A DNA stretch of 56,985 bases from Burkholderiales bacterium. GTDB taxonomy: Bacteria; Pseudomonadota; Gammaproteobacteria; Burkholderiales; SHXO01. The DNA lies in NCBI GenBank assembly GCA_035622675.1, contig DASPUW010000433.1, forward strand, positions 1-56,985, written 5' to 3'. A program made the translations under genes and the position numbers. The notes beneath the pieces were generated by a model. That model was given only the letters and a program-made list of their open reading frames with translations. It was not told where the DNA came from and made no database searches. Below are positions 1 to 9,343 of the stretch, in pieces. Numbering within the stretch: position 1 is the first letter of the stretch; the number at the start of each line of letters is the position of its first letter.

Positions 1-476
1 TCCCAGCTCGGCAACAGATCGATGCGGGTACTGAACGATTCCGAAATACGGCGCCGCGGCTCGTCCTTTCCGCACGATCCGGAAACCAGGCGCCCCTTGC
101 AGGCAATCCGCTTGTTGCAGCTCAGCCAATACGAAAGCGGCACGCTGGTTGTGATCTCGTTGGGGCTCGACGCAAAGGCCAGCGCCGAGCGGCCCACGTC
201 GTAGCCACATCCGATTCCGCAACTCGGAGGCTTGGGTCCGGCGGTCCCGAAAAACTCAACGAACTCGCGCGCGCTGAGCGAGGTCGGAACATCCTTTTCG
301 ACCGCATCCAGCAGGGGTTTGACTGGAACCGTCAATTGCATCGGCACCATCGACGGAGGCGGTTCGCCCAGTGATGCGCGAGGCAGGTCGGGTGCTGGGG
401 GCCGAATCTGCGCAGCGCACGAGGCCAAGAAGAGCACGGTCGCGGACGCCAGTGCTGGAATTGTCCATCCCTTCAT
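1..476 (-). CDS. lipoprotein, 3'-truncated by the window edge (family not recognised with certainty)
   Basis: Own translation of the minus strand: ATG at 476-474, then MKGWTIPALASATVLFLASCAAQ... (signal peptide plus lipobox). The frame stays open to base 1. It is absent from the ORF track because no stop codon lies in the window. Confidence 0.5.
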   Translation of the reverse strand, partial: MKGWTIPALASATVLFLASCAAQIRPPAPDLPRASLGEPPPSMVPMQLTVPVKPLLDAVEKDVPTSLSAREFVEFFGTAGPKPPSCGIGCGYDVGRSALAFASSPNEITTSVPLSYWLSCNKRIACKGRLVSGSCGKDEPRRRISESFSTRIDLLPSW

Positions 477-489
477 TTTCTCCCCCTCA

Positions 490-1788
490 TCATGCTGGTT
501 GACGCGCGTAGATCGCCCACAGGCGGGCCAGATCGCCTGTCCCATCGGTGCCCTGCACGCTCTTGAAAACCCGAATCGCCTGCTCCTTCTGGCCCCCGAG
601 AAGGTAGGCAATACCCAGATGCAGTCGGGCGTCGTCGGGGTGCTTCAGGTCGCCCTTGCGGATCCCTTCTTGTATCAGGTCTGCACCCTTCTCGTAGTCG
701 CCTCTCGTGACATAGGCAAAGCCCGCGTTGACCAGAGCCGTGCCGTCCTTGGCCGCGATCGACGATTCATCCTGCCTCTGTCCGAGGGCCTTCTGGTCCT
801 CGCCTGCGCTCTTCGTCGCCAGGTCGCGCAGCCGCTTCTGGCGATCGGCGTCCGGACCCGAGCCCAGCGCACCAGTGGCAAATCCTTTGTCGATGATCTT
901 CTTTGCCTCCAATGGAAAACCCGCCTGCAATGCAAGCTGAGTCGCTTCCATGAGCTGGGGAGCCGTGCTGTGGACGCCGACAGCCATCTTGAGACGATAG
1001 ACGTCGAGCGCGAGCCGAGATGAGAAGCCAGGACGGCTTTCGATGCGATACACGAGGTCCTGCCAATACTCCTTCTTCGGGTAGTAAGCGACGAGCTTCT
1101 CTAAAGTCGCAGAGTAGCCTGCCATGTCCTGCTGCTTGAGATAGCAGCTCGCGAGCAACTGAAGCCTTTCCTCTGACGGCGAACGCCCGGCGCTTTCCTC
1201 GGCCTGCACCACCGAGCGCACTTCCTGCGCGGCCTTTCCAAAATCCCCGTTGAGGTAGTAGGCCTGAATCAGCAGGCGCCGCATCTCCTCAGCCGTGCCG
1301 CCGGCTTCTCGATAGCGCAGAGCCCAGTTGATGGCTTTGGAGTAATCCTTCGCGCGGTAGTACAGTTCGGCGGCCGCTTCCGTCATTTTCAGTTTCTCCG
1401 ACGCCGAAGTCCGGCTCGAAGCCATGACCGACTCGAACGATTTGACCGCGAGCTCGACGTCGCCGGCACCGGCCGCAGCGACCGCACGCGACCGATCGAT
1501 CACGTACTGCTCGTACGCAGTCTTGTCCTTGACGCTTTCGGCTTCCTGGATTTTGGCAAGCGCCGGCTTGTACTTTTGCGCCTTGACGAGCTCCTGCGCT
1601 GCCTGCAGAGGTGTACCGACTTCTGGTCGTACCGTGTCCGCGTACTGGGTCTGAGCAAACGCCGCGGGCATATCTGACGGACTCAGCCCCATTTCGACTG
1701 CGAGGGGGGCGCCGGCCAATGCCAGAGCAAACCAAATGCTCCGCGCGTGCTGCGACTCAAACACTTGCACGGTGAGCCCGGGCATCAT
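490..1788 (-). CDS. tetratricopeptide-repeat periplasmic protein, last gene of the TonB/ExbBD cluster
   Basis: 432-aa ORF with an N-terminal signal-like segment and repeated Ala/Tyr/Leu-rich TPR-like helices. Its start overlaps the upstream exbD stop by 4 nt. Confidence 0.75.
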   Translation of the reverse strand: MMPGLTVQVFESQHARSIWFALALAGAPLAVEMGLSPSDMPAAFAQTQYADTVRPEVGTPLQAAQELVKAQKYKPALAKIQEAESVKDKTAYEQYVIDRSRAVAAAGAGDVELAVKSFESVMASSRTSASEKLKMTEAAAELYYRAKDYSKAINWALRYREAGGTAEEMRRLLIQAYYLNGDFGKAAQEVRSVVQAEESAGRSPSEERLQLLASCYLKQQDMAGYSATLEKLVAYYPKKEYWQDLVYRIESRPGFSSRLALDVYRLKMAVGVHSTAPQLMEATQLALQAGFPLEAKKIIDKGFATGALGSGPDADRQKRLRDLATKSAGEDQKALGQRQDESSIAAKDGTALVNAGFAYVTRGDYEKGADLIQEGIRKGDLKHPDDARLHLGIAYLLGGQKEQAIRVFKSVQGTDGTGDLARLWAIYARQPA

Positions 1789-2213
1789 TCGATGAACTGC
1801 TCGTTGCCGACCAAGCCAATGTTGGTCACTCCACTGCGTTGCGCGGCAGCGAGAACCGCTGCGACATACTTGTAGGCCACCAGCTTGTTCGGCCGCACGT
1901 GGATTTCGGGTTGCTTCGGCAGGCCTGCGCTCGCGCGAAACCGATCTTCCAGCGCCCCTTTATCCAGCACCTGACCGTCCCACATCATGGTCCCATCGAA
2001 GTCGACGTCGATGGTGATCACTTCGGGAGGCCGCGGCGGGGGCTGCGGTTGGGCGATCGGCATCTGCAGATTGACCGAGTCCAGCTGGATGGGGATCGTG
2101 AGGATCAACATGATCAAGAGCACGAGCATCACGTCGATGAGCGGCGTGGTGTTGATGTCCACCATCACGTCCGCTTCGCCGGATCCGCTGTCGAGAGAGA
2201 TGTTGCTGGCCAC
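1785..2213 (-). CDS. exbD: biopolymer transport protein ExbD/TolR (second copy)
   Basis: 142 aa. Has the INTTPLIDVMLVLLIMLI transmembrane signature typical of ExbD/TolR. Confidence 0.9.
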   Translation of the reverse strand: MASNISLDSGSGEADVMVDINTTPLIDVMLVLLIMLILTIPIQLDSVNLQMPIAQPQPPPRPPEVITIDVDFDGTMMWDGQVLDKGALEDRFRASAGLPKQPEIHVRPNKLVAYKYVAAVLAAAQRSGVTNIGLVGNEQFIE

Positions 2214-2231
2214 GGTGCGTATCCGGATCGT

Positions 2232-2660
2232 TCAGCGTCCGCGCGCTGGCGGTTCGACGATGAAACCGATCTTGTAGATGCCGGCACGCTGGCACGCGAG
2301 CACGACTCGGCCGACGTATTCGTAGCGGACGTCCTCGTCAGCCCGCACCTCGACGGCCGGTTGCGGCCAGAGGACAGAGACCTTCTTCAGCCTCTCGAGC
2401 AGGGCTTGATGACTGTCGATGAGCTGCTGGTTCCAGAAGATCTCACCGTCCCTGGTGACCGCGATGTTCACGTTCTCTGGCCTGGTTTGGCGAGGCTGAG
2501 TAACGTCCTTGGGAAGCGTCAGCGGAACCGAGTGTGTCACGACTGGAATCGTGATCAGGAAGATAATCAGCAGCACCAGCATTACGTCGACCAGCGGCGT
2601 GGTGTTGATGGCAGAAGTGAGCTCGTCTTCCTCGCTGCTCGCAGCGAAACTAGCGTGCAT
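2232..2660 (-). CDS. exbD: biopolymer transport protein ExbD/TolR (first copy)
   Basis: 142 aa. Has the INTTPLVDVMLVLLIIFLITIPV signature and is paralogous to the neighbouring ExbD. Confidence 0.9.
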   Translation of the reverse strand: MHASFAASSEEDELTSAINTTPLVDVMLVLLIIFLITIPVVTHSVPLTLPKDVTQPRQTRPENVNIAVTRDGEIFWNQQLIDSHQALLERLKKVSVLWPQPAVEVRADEDVRYEYVGRVVLACQRAGIYKIGFIVEPPARGR

Positions 2661-3516
2661 TGCCTTGGCCCACGCGGGTCACGTTAGCAACCTCACGCAG
2701 CTGCCCGGTCTGGGCACGACTCATCAGCACGGCCAGGGTTTCGCCGCTGAAGCTCCTCACGCTCTCCATCGCGAGCTTATTGCGCCGGACGAGCCAGTTG
2801 TAACCCAGCACCGCCGGCACCGCGACGGCGAGACCAAATGCGGTCATGATCAGCGCCTCGCCCACCGGGCCTGCGACCTTGTCGATAGACGCCTGCCCCG
2901 CGATGCCGATCGCGGTGAGCGCATGATAGATGCCCCATACTGTTCCGAACAGTCCGACGAATGGTGCAGTGGAACCGACGGTCGCGAGGAAGGCAAGTCC
3001 ACCCTGCAGACGGCTCTGGATCGTTTCTATCGACCTCTGAATAGCAATGGTCGTCCATGTGTGCAGATCGACCTGCTCCGCCACGCGTTTATGCTCTTCC
3101 AGGGCCCGCGCCCCGCTCTCGGCAATCAGATGGAAAGGGTTACCTTGGTTGATGGGTCCATCGCCAGGCGTCGGAGTCACCATCGAGACCGATTTCCGAG
3201 CGAGTCGCGCCTGATCCATCAGGCGAGCCTGCTCGACGAGCTTGGTAGCGATGACGTACCAGCTGCCGACCGACATGATGAGCAAAATGATCAGCGTGCC
3301 TCGCGCGATGTAGTCGCCCTGCCTCCAGAGGGCATCCAGCCCGTAGGGATTCTCCACAACCTCGGTCGTCGTGGCGCCCGCCTGAGCGACAGACTGCTCG
3401 GTGGTAGCGGCCGTCGTCTGCGCTGCGCCGTCCGGCGACATAAGAACGAGCGCGGCGAGGAATATTCCACTGACGAGAAAGGCCGCGAGCGATGCCGGAC
3501 GCGTTGGTTTATTCAC
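2650..3516 (-). CDS. exbB: MotA/TolQ/ExbB proton-channel protein
   Basis: The ORF 2650..3564 has a C-terminal MotA/ExbB channel motif (GSTAPFVGLFGTVWGI...AFGLAVA). I prefer the internal GTG (VNKPTRP) at about 3516 because it follows a GGAG and avoids overlapping tonB. The start is uncertain. Confidence 0.88.
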   Translation of the reverse strand: MNKPTRPASLAAFLVSGIFLAALVLMSPDGAAQTTAATTEQSVAQAGATTTEVVENPYGLDALWRQGDYIARGTLIILLIMSVGSWYVIATKLVEQARLMDQARLARKSVSMVTPTPGDGPINQGNPFHLIAESGARALEEHKRVAEQVDLHTWTTIAIQRSIETIQSRLQGGLAFLATVGSTAPFVGLFGTVWGIYHALTAIGIAGQASIDKVAGPVGEALIMTAFGLAVAVPAVLGYNWLVRRNKLAMESVRSFSGETLAVLMSRAQTGQLREVANVTRVGQGNAR

Positions 3517-3541
3517 TTGTGCTCCTGTCGATCCCTGCTGG

Positions 3542-4198
3542 TTATTCCTGCAACTTCCACACATAGCGCAGCGTTGCCCACGCCTGCTCGGGTTTGCCGT
3601 CCACCCTCCCGGGCTTGAAGCGACACAGGCTCAGGCCCTCTCGGGCCGCTTCGTCCAGCTGCTTGGACCCACTGGAAGTTTGGACGTCGCTCTCGATTAC
3701 CCTGCCATCGATACCGACCAGAATGTGGAGGACGACAGTTCCGGTCTCCCGAGACCGGCGCGCGGCAGCGGGATACTCAGGTTTATCGCATCGCGTCGGG
3801 TCGATGACAGGAGGGGTGCGCACCGATTTCTGCGGCGGGGCTTCCACGGCAGCTACGGGTGGTGGCGCCGGTGCAGCTGGTTTCACCGGTGTCGTGACCA
3901 CGATCGGCGACTGCTGGGGAGGCGGCTGCTGAACACGGACCTCGGGGGGCGGGATATATGGCGGCGGCGGCACGTCGAATTTTGGCGGCGGCATGTGAGC
4001 CGGCGGCGGCACGTCGGGCGCCACTGGCTTCTTCTCCTCGACGATCTTGGTCTCCATCGGATGCTTCAGCACTTCAACCACTCTGCGTGCAAGCCCGGTC
4101 ACGAGCGCATAGATCACGATGACGTGCAGCAACACGACCAGCGCGATCGCGATACCCTGTTCCGGATGTCTGGTTCGAAGTTGCCCGTTCGCCATCAA
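3542..4198 (-). CDS. tonB: energy transducer TonB
   Basis: 218 aa. Has an N-terminal membrane anchor, a Pro-rich spacer (PPPAHMPPPKFDVPPPPYIPPPEV) and a C-terminal TonB domain (YPAAARRSRETGTVVLHILVGIDGRV). Confidence 0.85.
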   Translation of the reverse strand: MMANGQLRTRHPEQGIAIALVVLLHVIVIYALVTGLARRVVEVLKHPMETKIVEEKKPVAPDVPPPAHMPPPKFDVPPPPYIPPPEVRVQQPPPQQSPIVVTTPVKPAAPAPPPVAAVEAPPQKSVRTPPVIDPTRCDKPEYPAAARRSRETGTVVLHILVGIDGRVIESDVQTSSGSKQLDEAAREGLSLCRFKPGRVDGKPEQAWATLRYVWKLQE

Positions 4199-4228
4199 AA
4201 CACTGATCCTCTACCCGCATCCAGCGGG

Positions 4229-4843
4229 TCAAATCAGCTTCTCCTTTCTCAACCTCCCGATTACCAGCTTGACGAACTCCTGGATATCTTTCTGCAGCTC
4301 GCCGCTCGGCGCGAAGGTCTGCGTGGTCCCAGACCAAAGCAACACGGATTCATCGCCGCCACCGTACAGGTTTGTCTCCAGGACTTCGGTCTCGGGCTCG
4401 GGAGCAACGGCCGGCTCATGATATCCCGTCCACGCCGCCGAGTAGCCGGCAGTAAAACTAGACCCCGGGGTCGGACGAAACGCGGGAGTGAACTGGGCGT
4501 CTGCGCCGGCCCGCACCAGTCGCGTCACCAGCATTCCGTCCGCACCGCTTTTTCCGGCGGCCTCTTTCAGTCGTGCGGCATCGGCTTCCGCGACTTGAGG
4601 GATCAAAGTATAGCTTGCGATCGCATCCACGCCCGACACCTTGAGCTGCTTGACGAACTCATCCTCGAAGGTTCGGCGCAGCGCAGCCTGCTTCGAAACG
4701 CCAATCACAACGATCTTCTTGAGCGCTCCACCCTTGTAGTCGGGGCTGCGCCACGAATTGGTCAACTCGGTAGACGCACACGAGTTCAGGACCAAAGCGG
4801 CGATAGCGAGAATTACCCTTGCAGAAGCGTTGCGAACAATCAT
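4229..4843 (-). CDS. putative lipoprotein (possibly DUF4136-like)
   Basis: 204 aa with a signal peptide and lipobox (LVLNSCAS). Lies between the TonB-dependent receptor and tonB. The family name comes from memory of similar lipoproteins and is not verified. Confidence 0.6.
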   Translation of the reverse strand: MIVRNASARVILAIAALVLNSCASTELTNSWRSPDYKGGALKKIVVIGVSKQAALRRTFEDEFVKQLKVSGVDAIASYTLIPQVAEADAARLKEAAGKSGADGMLVTRLVRAGADAQFTPAFRPTPGSSFTAGYSAAWTGYHEPAVAPEPETEVLETNLYGGGDESVLLWSGTTQTFAPSGELQKDIQEFVKLVIGRLRKEKLI

Positions 4844-4896
4844 TTTCCAGCCTCCCCATGCATCGCTTTGCCCATGCTCTCACGCGAATTTGAAGC

Positions 4897-7266
4897 TCAG
4901 AATCTGGCGAGCACACTGAACCGCACCTGGAACGGCTCCGCGGGATGGCCTGTCACCCCGCTTGGCACGACGGCGCATGTCGGGCACGTCTGATAGTCCT
5001 GCTGGTACTGGATGTCCCAGTTCTTGGTGTTGAACAAATTCAAGATATCCAGAGCGAGCGTAACGTGCGAAGACACTTCGTATTGGCCGCGCAGGTCCAC
5101 AGTAAATGAGGACGGCGCGAACAAGGATCCGTCCTGAGCCAGCGGATAAGCGCTGAACCAGCGCGCGATCAGACCCCCTGACCATGGCCCCAGGTTCTTG
5201 ACGGTGACACCGAAGCTTGCGACGGCGCTCACGGCATTGGGAATGTAGTCGCCTGTGGAATCGTTGGCGTTGGCGTACGCGTACCGCGCGTGGATCCAGG
5301 CGAGGTCAGCGTTGAATAGCAGCCATGGAGTTGCAAACCATTGGTTGTTCCACTCGATGCCGTAACGCCTGGTCGCGCCAGTGGGCTCGGTGCTGCCGAT
5401 GTCGGAGTCGGCCGCATACTCGATCTCCGAATCTTGATAAAGCGTCCAGAAAGTGAGCGAAGTCTGGAAGTTGCGGATCGCCTCGCTGCGCACGCCGACT
5501 TCCGCCCCTTTCGCGCGCACCAGCGCGGCTGTGGGCTGGGATGCAAGTCCGGTTGTGGGATCGATGATCTGAGTGGTGCCGCGCGCGTCGTTGGTGTGGA
5601 AACCCCAGCCGTAGTTCACGAAATACTCGGTCTTGTTCCACGGCCCGAAGATCAAAGACACTTTGGGTGAAGTGGCATGGCCCGAGGAGTTGCCGGTGTT
5701 TTCCGGAGTCAGGGTCGCATCGACCTGGTTGTGGACCGCATCGAAGCGCAGTCCGAGCACGCTACGAAACCACGGCGTCCAGACCGTATTTTCCTGTACA
5801 TAGAGGCCAGAGCCGAGGACGTTGACGAAATCATCTCGCACCGGCTGAAAAACCTGGCGAGATTGAGTGTTGTCGAGGCCGACGTGAATGTTGTCGTACC
5901 GGAGCTGCAATCCGATCTCGGTGTTCGACTCACGTCCGAAGAGAAAGTGATACCAGCCCTTGGCCAGCTTCGTGCCGAAGATGTTGCGGTTTTCCCATTG
6001 CTCGAACTGATCGCAAGGGAGGGAAGGGTCAGGGGCAATCGCGCAACGATTTTCGAAGAACGTGAAGTCGGACCACAGCTGCAGGGAGTAGTGCTCGTAA
6101 TAGAACAATGCCTTCCAATAGCCGTGGTCGTCCGTCCCGTGCAACTCGCCCGAGAGTATCGCGCGGCCCGAATTCCCGCCGTCGGTCGGATCCAGGGCGC
6201 AGAATCTGCAGAGAGTGCCGTCTTCGATGAGCGATATCGGGACCTGATCGGTGGAATCCCAATGTGCCTTGTAGAAGATTCCGTCGAGCGACCAGCCGCG
6301 AGCGCTTGAACCATCGCTGACGCGCAGCAAAGCATTGAACTTGTTGAGCGCCTCTGGCGTCTCCCACGGCCCGTTTTGATGCTGCATCAGCACCGCGCCG
6401 AGCAGTGTTGGCGACGCACTGCCTGAGGACGCTGATGGGGCCGACGCTGAAGCGGAATTCGTCTGCCCCAAGGTCTTGGAAGCTGCGACCAATCCACGCA
6501 AGTAACCGTAAGAGCCGATCGTGAGGTCGGCGATGTTCTGGGACAGGCTGGACAGGTAATAGATATCCGCAGCGCCCGTCACCGAGAAATCTCCGTAGGC
6601 CGCGTAGTACGGCCCCTTCTGAAAGTCCATGCGCTCGATCAGCTCTGGGATCAGGAAGTTCAGATCCATGTAGCCCTGACCGTGCGCGTGCGTCGGCATA
6701 TTCACGGGGACACCGTCGACAGTCGTGGCGAAATCGGTGCCGTGATCCAGGTTGTAGCCCCGGAGAAAGTATTGGTTTGCCTTGCCATCGCCGGAATGTT
6801 GGGTGACTACCATGCCTGGTACATACTCGAGGACTTCGCCGGGCCTTAGCACGGGGCGCAAATTAATGTAGTCACCGGTGACGGATCCCTGAGAAGCGGC
6901 ATCCGAATTGGTGATGGCGAGGTTGTAACCCACGACTTCGACGGTCGGCGTTTCCGGCTCGGTCGGGGTCTTGTTGTTTGGCGTTCCAGGCGCCACCGAG
7001 GTCTCGATTCCAGGAGAAGGTGTCGCGGCCTCGGCCTTCGGTGGTGGGGACTGGCTTGCGGTTGCTTCTGGATTTGCGTCTTTCGTAGCCGTGGCCACCG
7101 CCGCTGATGCATCGCTGCGCGTGGCGGGCTGCTGAGTGTGAGGAGCGGGTCCTTCGGCCGCAAGAACAGAGGCAATTCCGGCGCAGGCCGACAGGCACAG
7201 CGTCAGCGCGGCCGCTACGGCATTACGCGCGCGTTGGTCGCTTCGACCGTTCGCGGCAGAAACCAC
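4897..7266 (-). CDS. TonB-dependent outer-membrane receptor with a low-complexity N-terminal extension
   Basis: 789 aa. Has a signal peptide, plug-domain motifs (YFLRGYNLDHGTDFATTVDGVPVN) and a long beta-barrel ending in ...FSVLARF (terminal Phe). Confidence 0.9.
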   Translation of the reverse strand: MVSAANGRSDQRARNAVAAALTLCLSACAGIASVLAAEGPAPHTQQPATRSDASAAVATATKDANPEATASQSPPPKAEAATPSPGIETSVAPGTPNNKTPTEPETPTVEVVGYNLAITNSDAASQGSVTGDYINLRPVLRPGEVLEYVPGMVVTQHSGDGKANQYFLRGYNLDHGTDFATTVDGVPVNMPTHAHGQGYMDLNFLIPELIERMDFQKGPYYAAYGDFSVTGAADIYYLSSLSQNIADLTIGSYGYLRGLVAASKTLGQTNSASASAPSASSGSASPTLLGAVLMQHQNGPWETPEALNKFNALLRVSDGSSARGWSLDGIFYKAHWDSTDQVPISLIEDGTLCRFCALDPTDGGNSGRAILSGELHGTDDHGYWKALFYYEHYSLQLWSDFTFFENRCAIAPDPSLPCDQFEQWENRNIFGTKLAKGWYHFLFGRESNTEIGLQLRYDNIHVGLDNTQSRQVFQPVRDDFVNVLGSGLYVQENTVWTPWFRSVLGLRFDAVHNQVDATLTPENTGNSSGHATSPKVSLIFGPWNKTEYFVNYGWGFHTNDARGTTQIIDPTTGLASQPTAALVRAKGAEVGVRSEAIRNFQTSLTFWTLYQDSEIEYAADSDIGSTEPTGATRRYGIEWNNQWFATPWLLFNADLAWIHARYAYANANDSTGDYIPNAVSAVASFGVTVKNLGPWSGGLIARWFSAYPLAQDGSLFAPSSFTVDLRGQYEVSSHVTLALDILNLFNTKNWDIQYQQDYQTCPTCAVVPSGVTGHPAEPFQVRFSVLARF

Positions 7267-7344
7267 GCCTCCTCCATGGACTGTGAAGCTTTGGGCCGGT
7301 TTGGTAAGATCTCGGCCCTCAAGCTATTGAATTGTTGAGGTGTG

Positions 7345-7378
7345 TCTTAATATTTTTTTGTAAGATATCCTAATAAGA
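7345..7378. promoter_or_regulatory. AT-rich imperfect inverted repeat in the receptor/nikR divergent promoter region (candidate operator)
   Basis: TCTTAATA-N18-TAATAAGA (7 of 8 complementary). The AT-rich core is flanked by direct repeats GGTGTGTC at about 7339-7346 and 7381-7388. It is the only strongly AT-rich stretch in this intergenic region. Confidence 0.25.
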
Positions 7379-7481
7379 AAGGTGTGTCAAAATTCACAAG
7401 AGCAGCTTTGCCGAGCAGGCCTGAGCAGCAACCCAGAGGGGTTTCGGATAACATCTCCGCACAACGGCTCGCACATCCAAC

Positions 7482-7955
7482 ATGGAGCGATTCACGATTT
7501 CATTGAACGAAGCTCTGGCGCAGCAATTCGACGATTTGATCCATCGCAAGGGCTATCAGAACCGGTCGGAGGCGGTCCGCGACTTGGTGCGTGCCGAGCT
7601 GGAAAGCTTCCGCCTGCAGCAGCACGAAGCGCCGTACTGTGTCGGTTCGCTGAGCTACGTCTACAATCACCACGCACGCGACCTGGCGGAGCGCTTGACC
7701 AACCTGCAGCACGATCATCACGAACTCGTTCTGTCGACCATGCATGTGCACCTGGATCACGACAACTGCATGGAGACGCTGATCCTGCGTGGGGCCACTC
7801 AGCGCATCAGCGAGTTTGCCAACCTGCTCATGGCAGAGCCGCAGGTGCGGCACGGACGGCTGAATCTCGTTCCGGTAGACATGGATCAGGATGAGGACCA
7901 TGACCACGGCCACGGGCACACACACGTGCATGTGCACAGCCGCCCGCGCACTTAG
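7482..7955 (+). CDS. nikR: nickel-responsive transcriptional regulator NikR
   Basis: 157 aa. Has a ribbon-helix-helix N-terminus (MERFTISLNEALAQQFDDLI...RSEAVRDLVR), a metal-binding motif (HVHLDHDNC) and a His-rich tail (HDHGHGHTHVHVH). Confidence 0.9.
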   Translation: MERFTISLNEALAQQFDDLIHRKGYQNRSEAVRDLVRAELESFRLQQHEAPYCVGSLSYVYNHHARDLAERLTNLQHDHHELVLSTMHVHLDHDNCMETLILRGATQRISEFANLLMAEPQVRHGRLNLVPVDMDQDEDHDHGHGHTHVHVHSRPRT

Positions 7956-8014
7956 TGCGCTGCTCCGGGTGACAGATCGGCGGCGGAGACGATAACCAGC
8001 GGGCCGGAGAGCCA

Positions 8015-8395
8015 ATGTCGATTATCGGAATGAACCACTTCACTGTGCTGGCCAAAGACCTGGCCGCCACCCGCGAGTTTTATATAGGCGTCATGGGGCT
8101 CGCCGACGGACCGCGGCCCGATCTCGGCTTCCCGGGCGCGTGGCTGTATGCCGGAGATCAAGCGGTGCTGCACATCATTGCCGGGCGCGCACTGCCGTCC
8201 GACCCGCGCGGCGTGCTCGATCACATGGCGTTCAGCGCCAAGGATCTACCCGCCACCGTAGGACGCCTCAAAGCGCGCGGCATCAGCTACGACCTGCGGC
8301 GGCAGGCGGAGTCAGGCACCTGGCAGCTGTTCTGCTTCGACCCGAACGGCGCGCGCGTCGAGCTGGATTTCGATCCCGCCGAGCCCTCGCCTTAG
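8015..8395 (+). CDS. VOC/glyoxalase-family protein
   Basis: 126 aa. The N-terminus (IIGMNHFTVLAKDLAATREFYIGVMGL) is typical of the glyoxalase/bleomycin-resistance fold. Confidence 0.8.
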   Translation: MSIIGMNHFTVLAKDLAATREFYIGVMGLADGPRPDLGFPGAWLYAGDQAVLHIIAGRALPSDPRGVLDHMAFSAKDLPATVGRLKARGISYDLRRQAESGTWQLFCFDPNGARVELDFDPAEPSP

Positions 8396-8406
8396 GGAAG
8401 CTCTGA

Positions 8407-9312
8407 TCACTGCCCCGCAAACGCGGGGATCGCGGCGAACTCGGTGCGAAGGAATTCTACGAATGCGCGCACCTTGGCCGAGACGTGGCGCGCGGACGGA
8501 TAGACCGCGTTGATCTCCAGCGGCGGAGCGGCGAACTCAGGCAGCAGCGCGACGATCTCCCCGCTTTCCAGCTTGTCGTGTGCCAGCCAGTCCGGCGTGA
8601 TCGCCATACCGACGCCGTCCAGCACGGCTTCTCGGATGACGTGGCCGTTGTTGGCTTTGAAGCTGCCGTGCACTCGCACGCGAATCTCGCCCTCTGGGCC
8701 GTTGAAGAGCCACTCGTTGCCGGTCGAGAGATAGGCGTAGAGCAGACAGTTGTGGTGCGCGAGGTCCTCGGGCCTCTCTGGTGTGCCGCGCGCGGCCAGG
8801 TACGCAGGCGTAGCCACCAGCATTCGGCGCGTGCTGCCGAGGCGGCGCGCAACCAGATTGGAGTCGGCGAGCTGGCCGATGCGCACAGCTACATCGACCC
8901 CCTCCTCCACCAGATCGATGTAGCGGTCGTTCAGCGAGAGCTCGACGCCGAGTGCGGGGTACTGCCGCTGAAACTTGAGGACGAGCGGAGCCAGAAAGAT
9001 CTGGCCCAGCGCGATGGAGGTGTTGACATGCAGCGTTCCCGCTAGCCCGGTCTGGAGACGCCCGAGCGCGGCCTCCGCTTCCCGAACCTCGTCGATGATG
9101 CGTCTGCAGCGCTCATAATAGGCCGCACCGGCCTCGGTCAAGCCGAGGCTTCGGGTCGACCGGTGCAGCAGCCGCGTCTGCAGCTGCTTCTCGAGAGCGG
9201 TGAGCTGCTTGCTGATCGTGGGCTGAGTCGTGCCAAGCTGACGCGCCACCGCAGAGAAGCTGCCGGTCTCCACGATGCGCACGAACATTTCCATCGCCCC
9301 TAAGCGATCCAT
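8407..9312 (-). CDS. LysR-family transcriptional regulator
   Basis: HTH motif MEMFVRIVETGSFSAVARQLGTTQPTISKQLTALEKQL. I place the start at the internal Met (MDRLGAMEMF); the ORF-track start at 9390 adds an Arg-rich leader that overlaps the upstream gene. Confidence 0.9.
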   Translation of the reverse strand: MDRLGAMEMFVRIVETGSFSAVARQLGTTQPTISKQLTALEKQLQTRLLHRSTRSLGLTEAGAAYYERCRRIIDEVREAEAALGRLQTGLAGTLHVNTSIALGQIFLAPLVLKFQRQYPALGVELSLNDRYIDLVEEGVDVAVRIGQLADSNLVARRLGSTRRMLVATPAYLAARGTPERPEDLAHHNCLLYAYLSTGNEWLFNGPEGEIRVRVHGSFKANNGHVIREAVLDGVGMAITPDWLAHDKLESGEIVALLPEFAAPPLEINAVYPSARHVSAKVRAFVEFLRTEFAAIPAFAGQ

Positions 9313-9343
9313 CGGCGCTCCCCTGTCGCCACGCCAGCGACGA

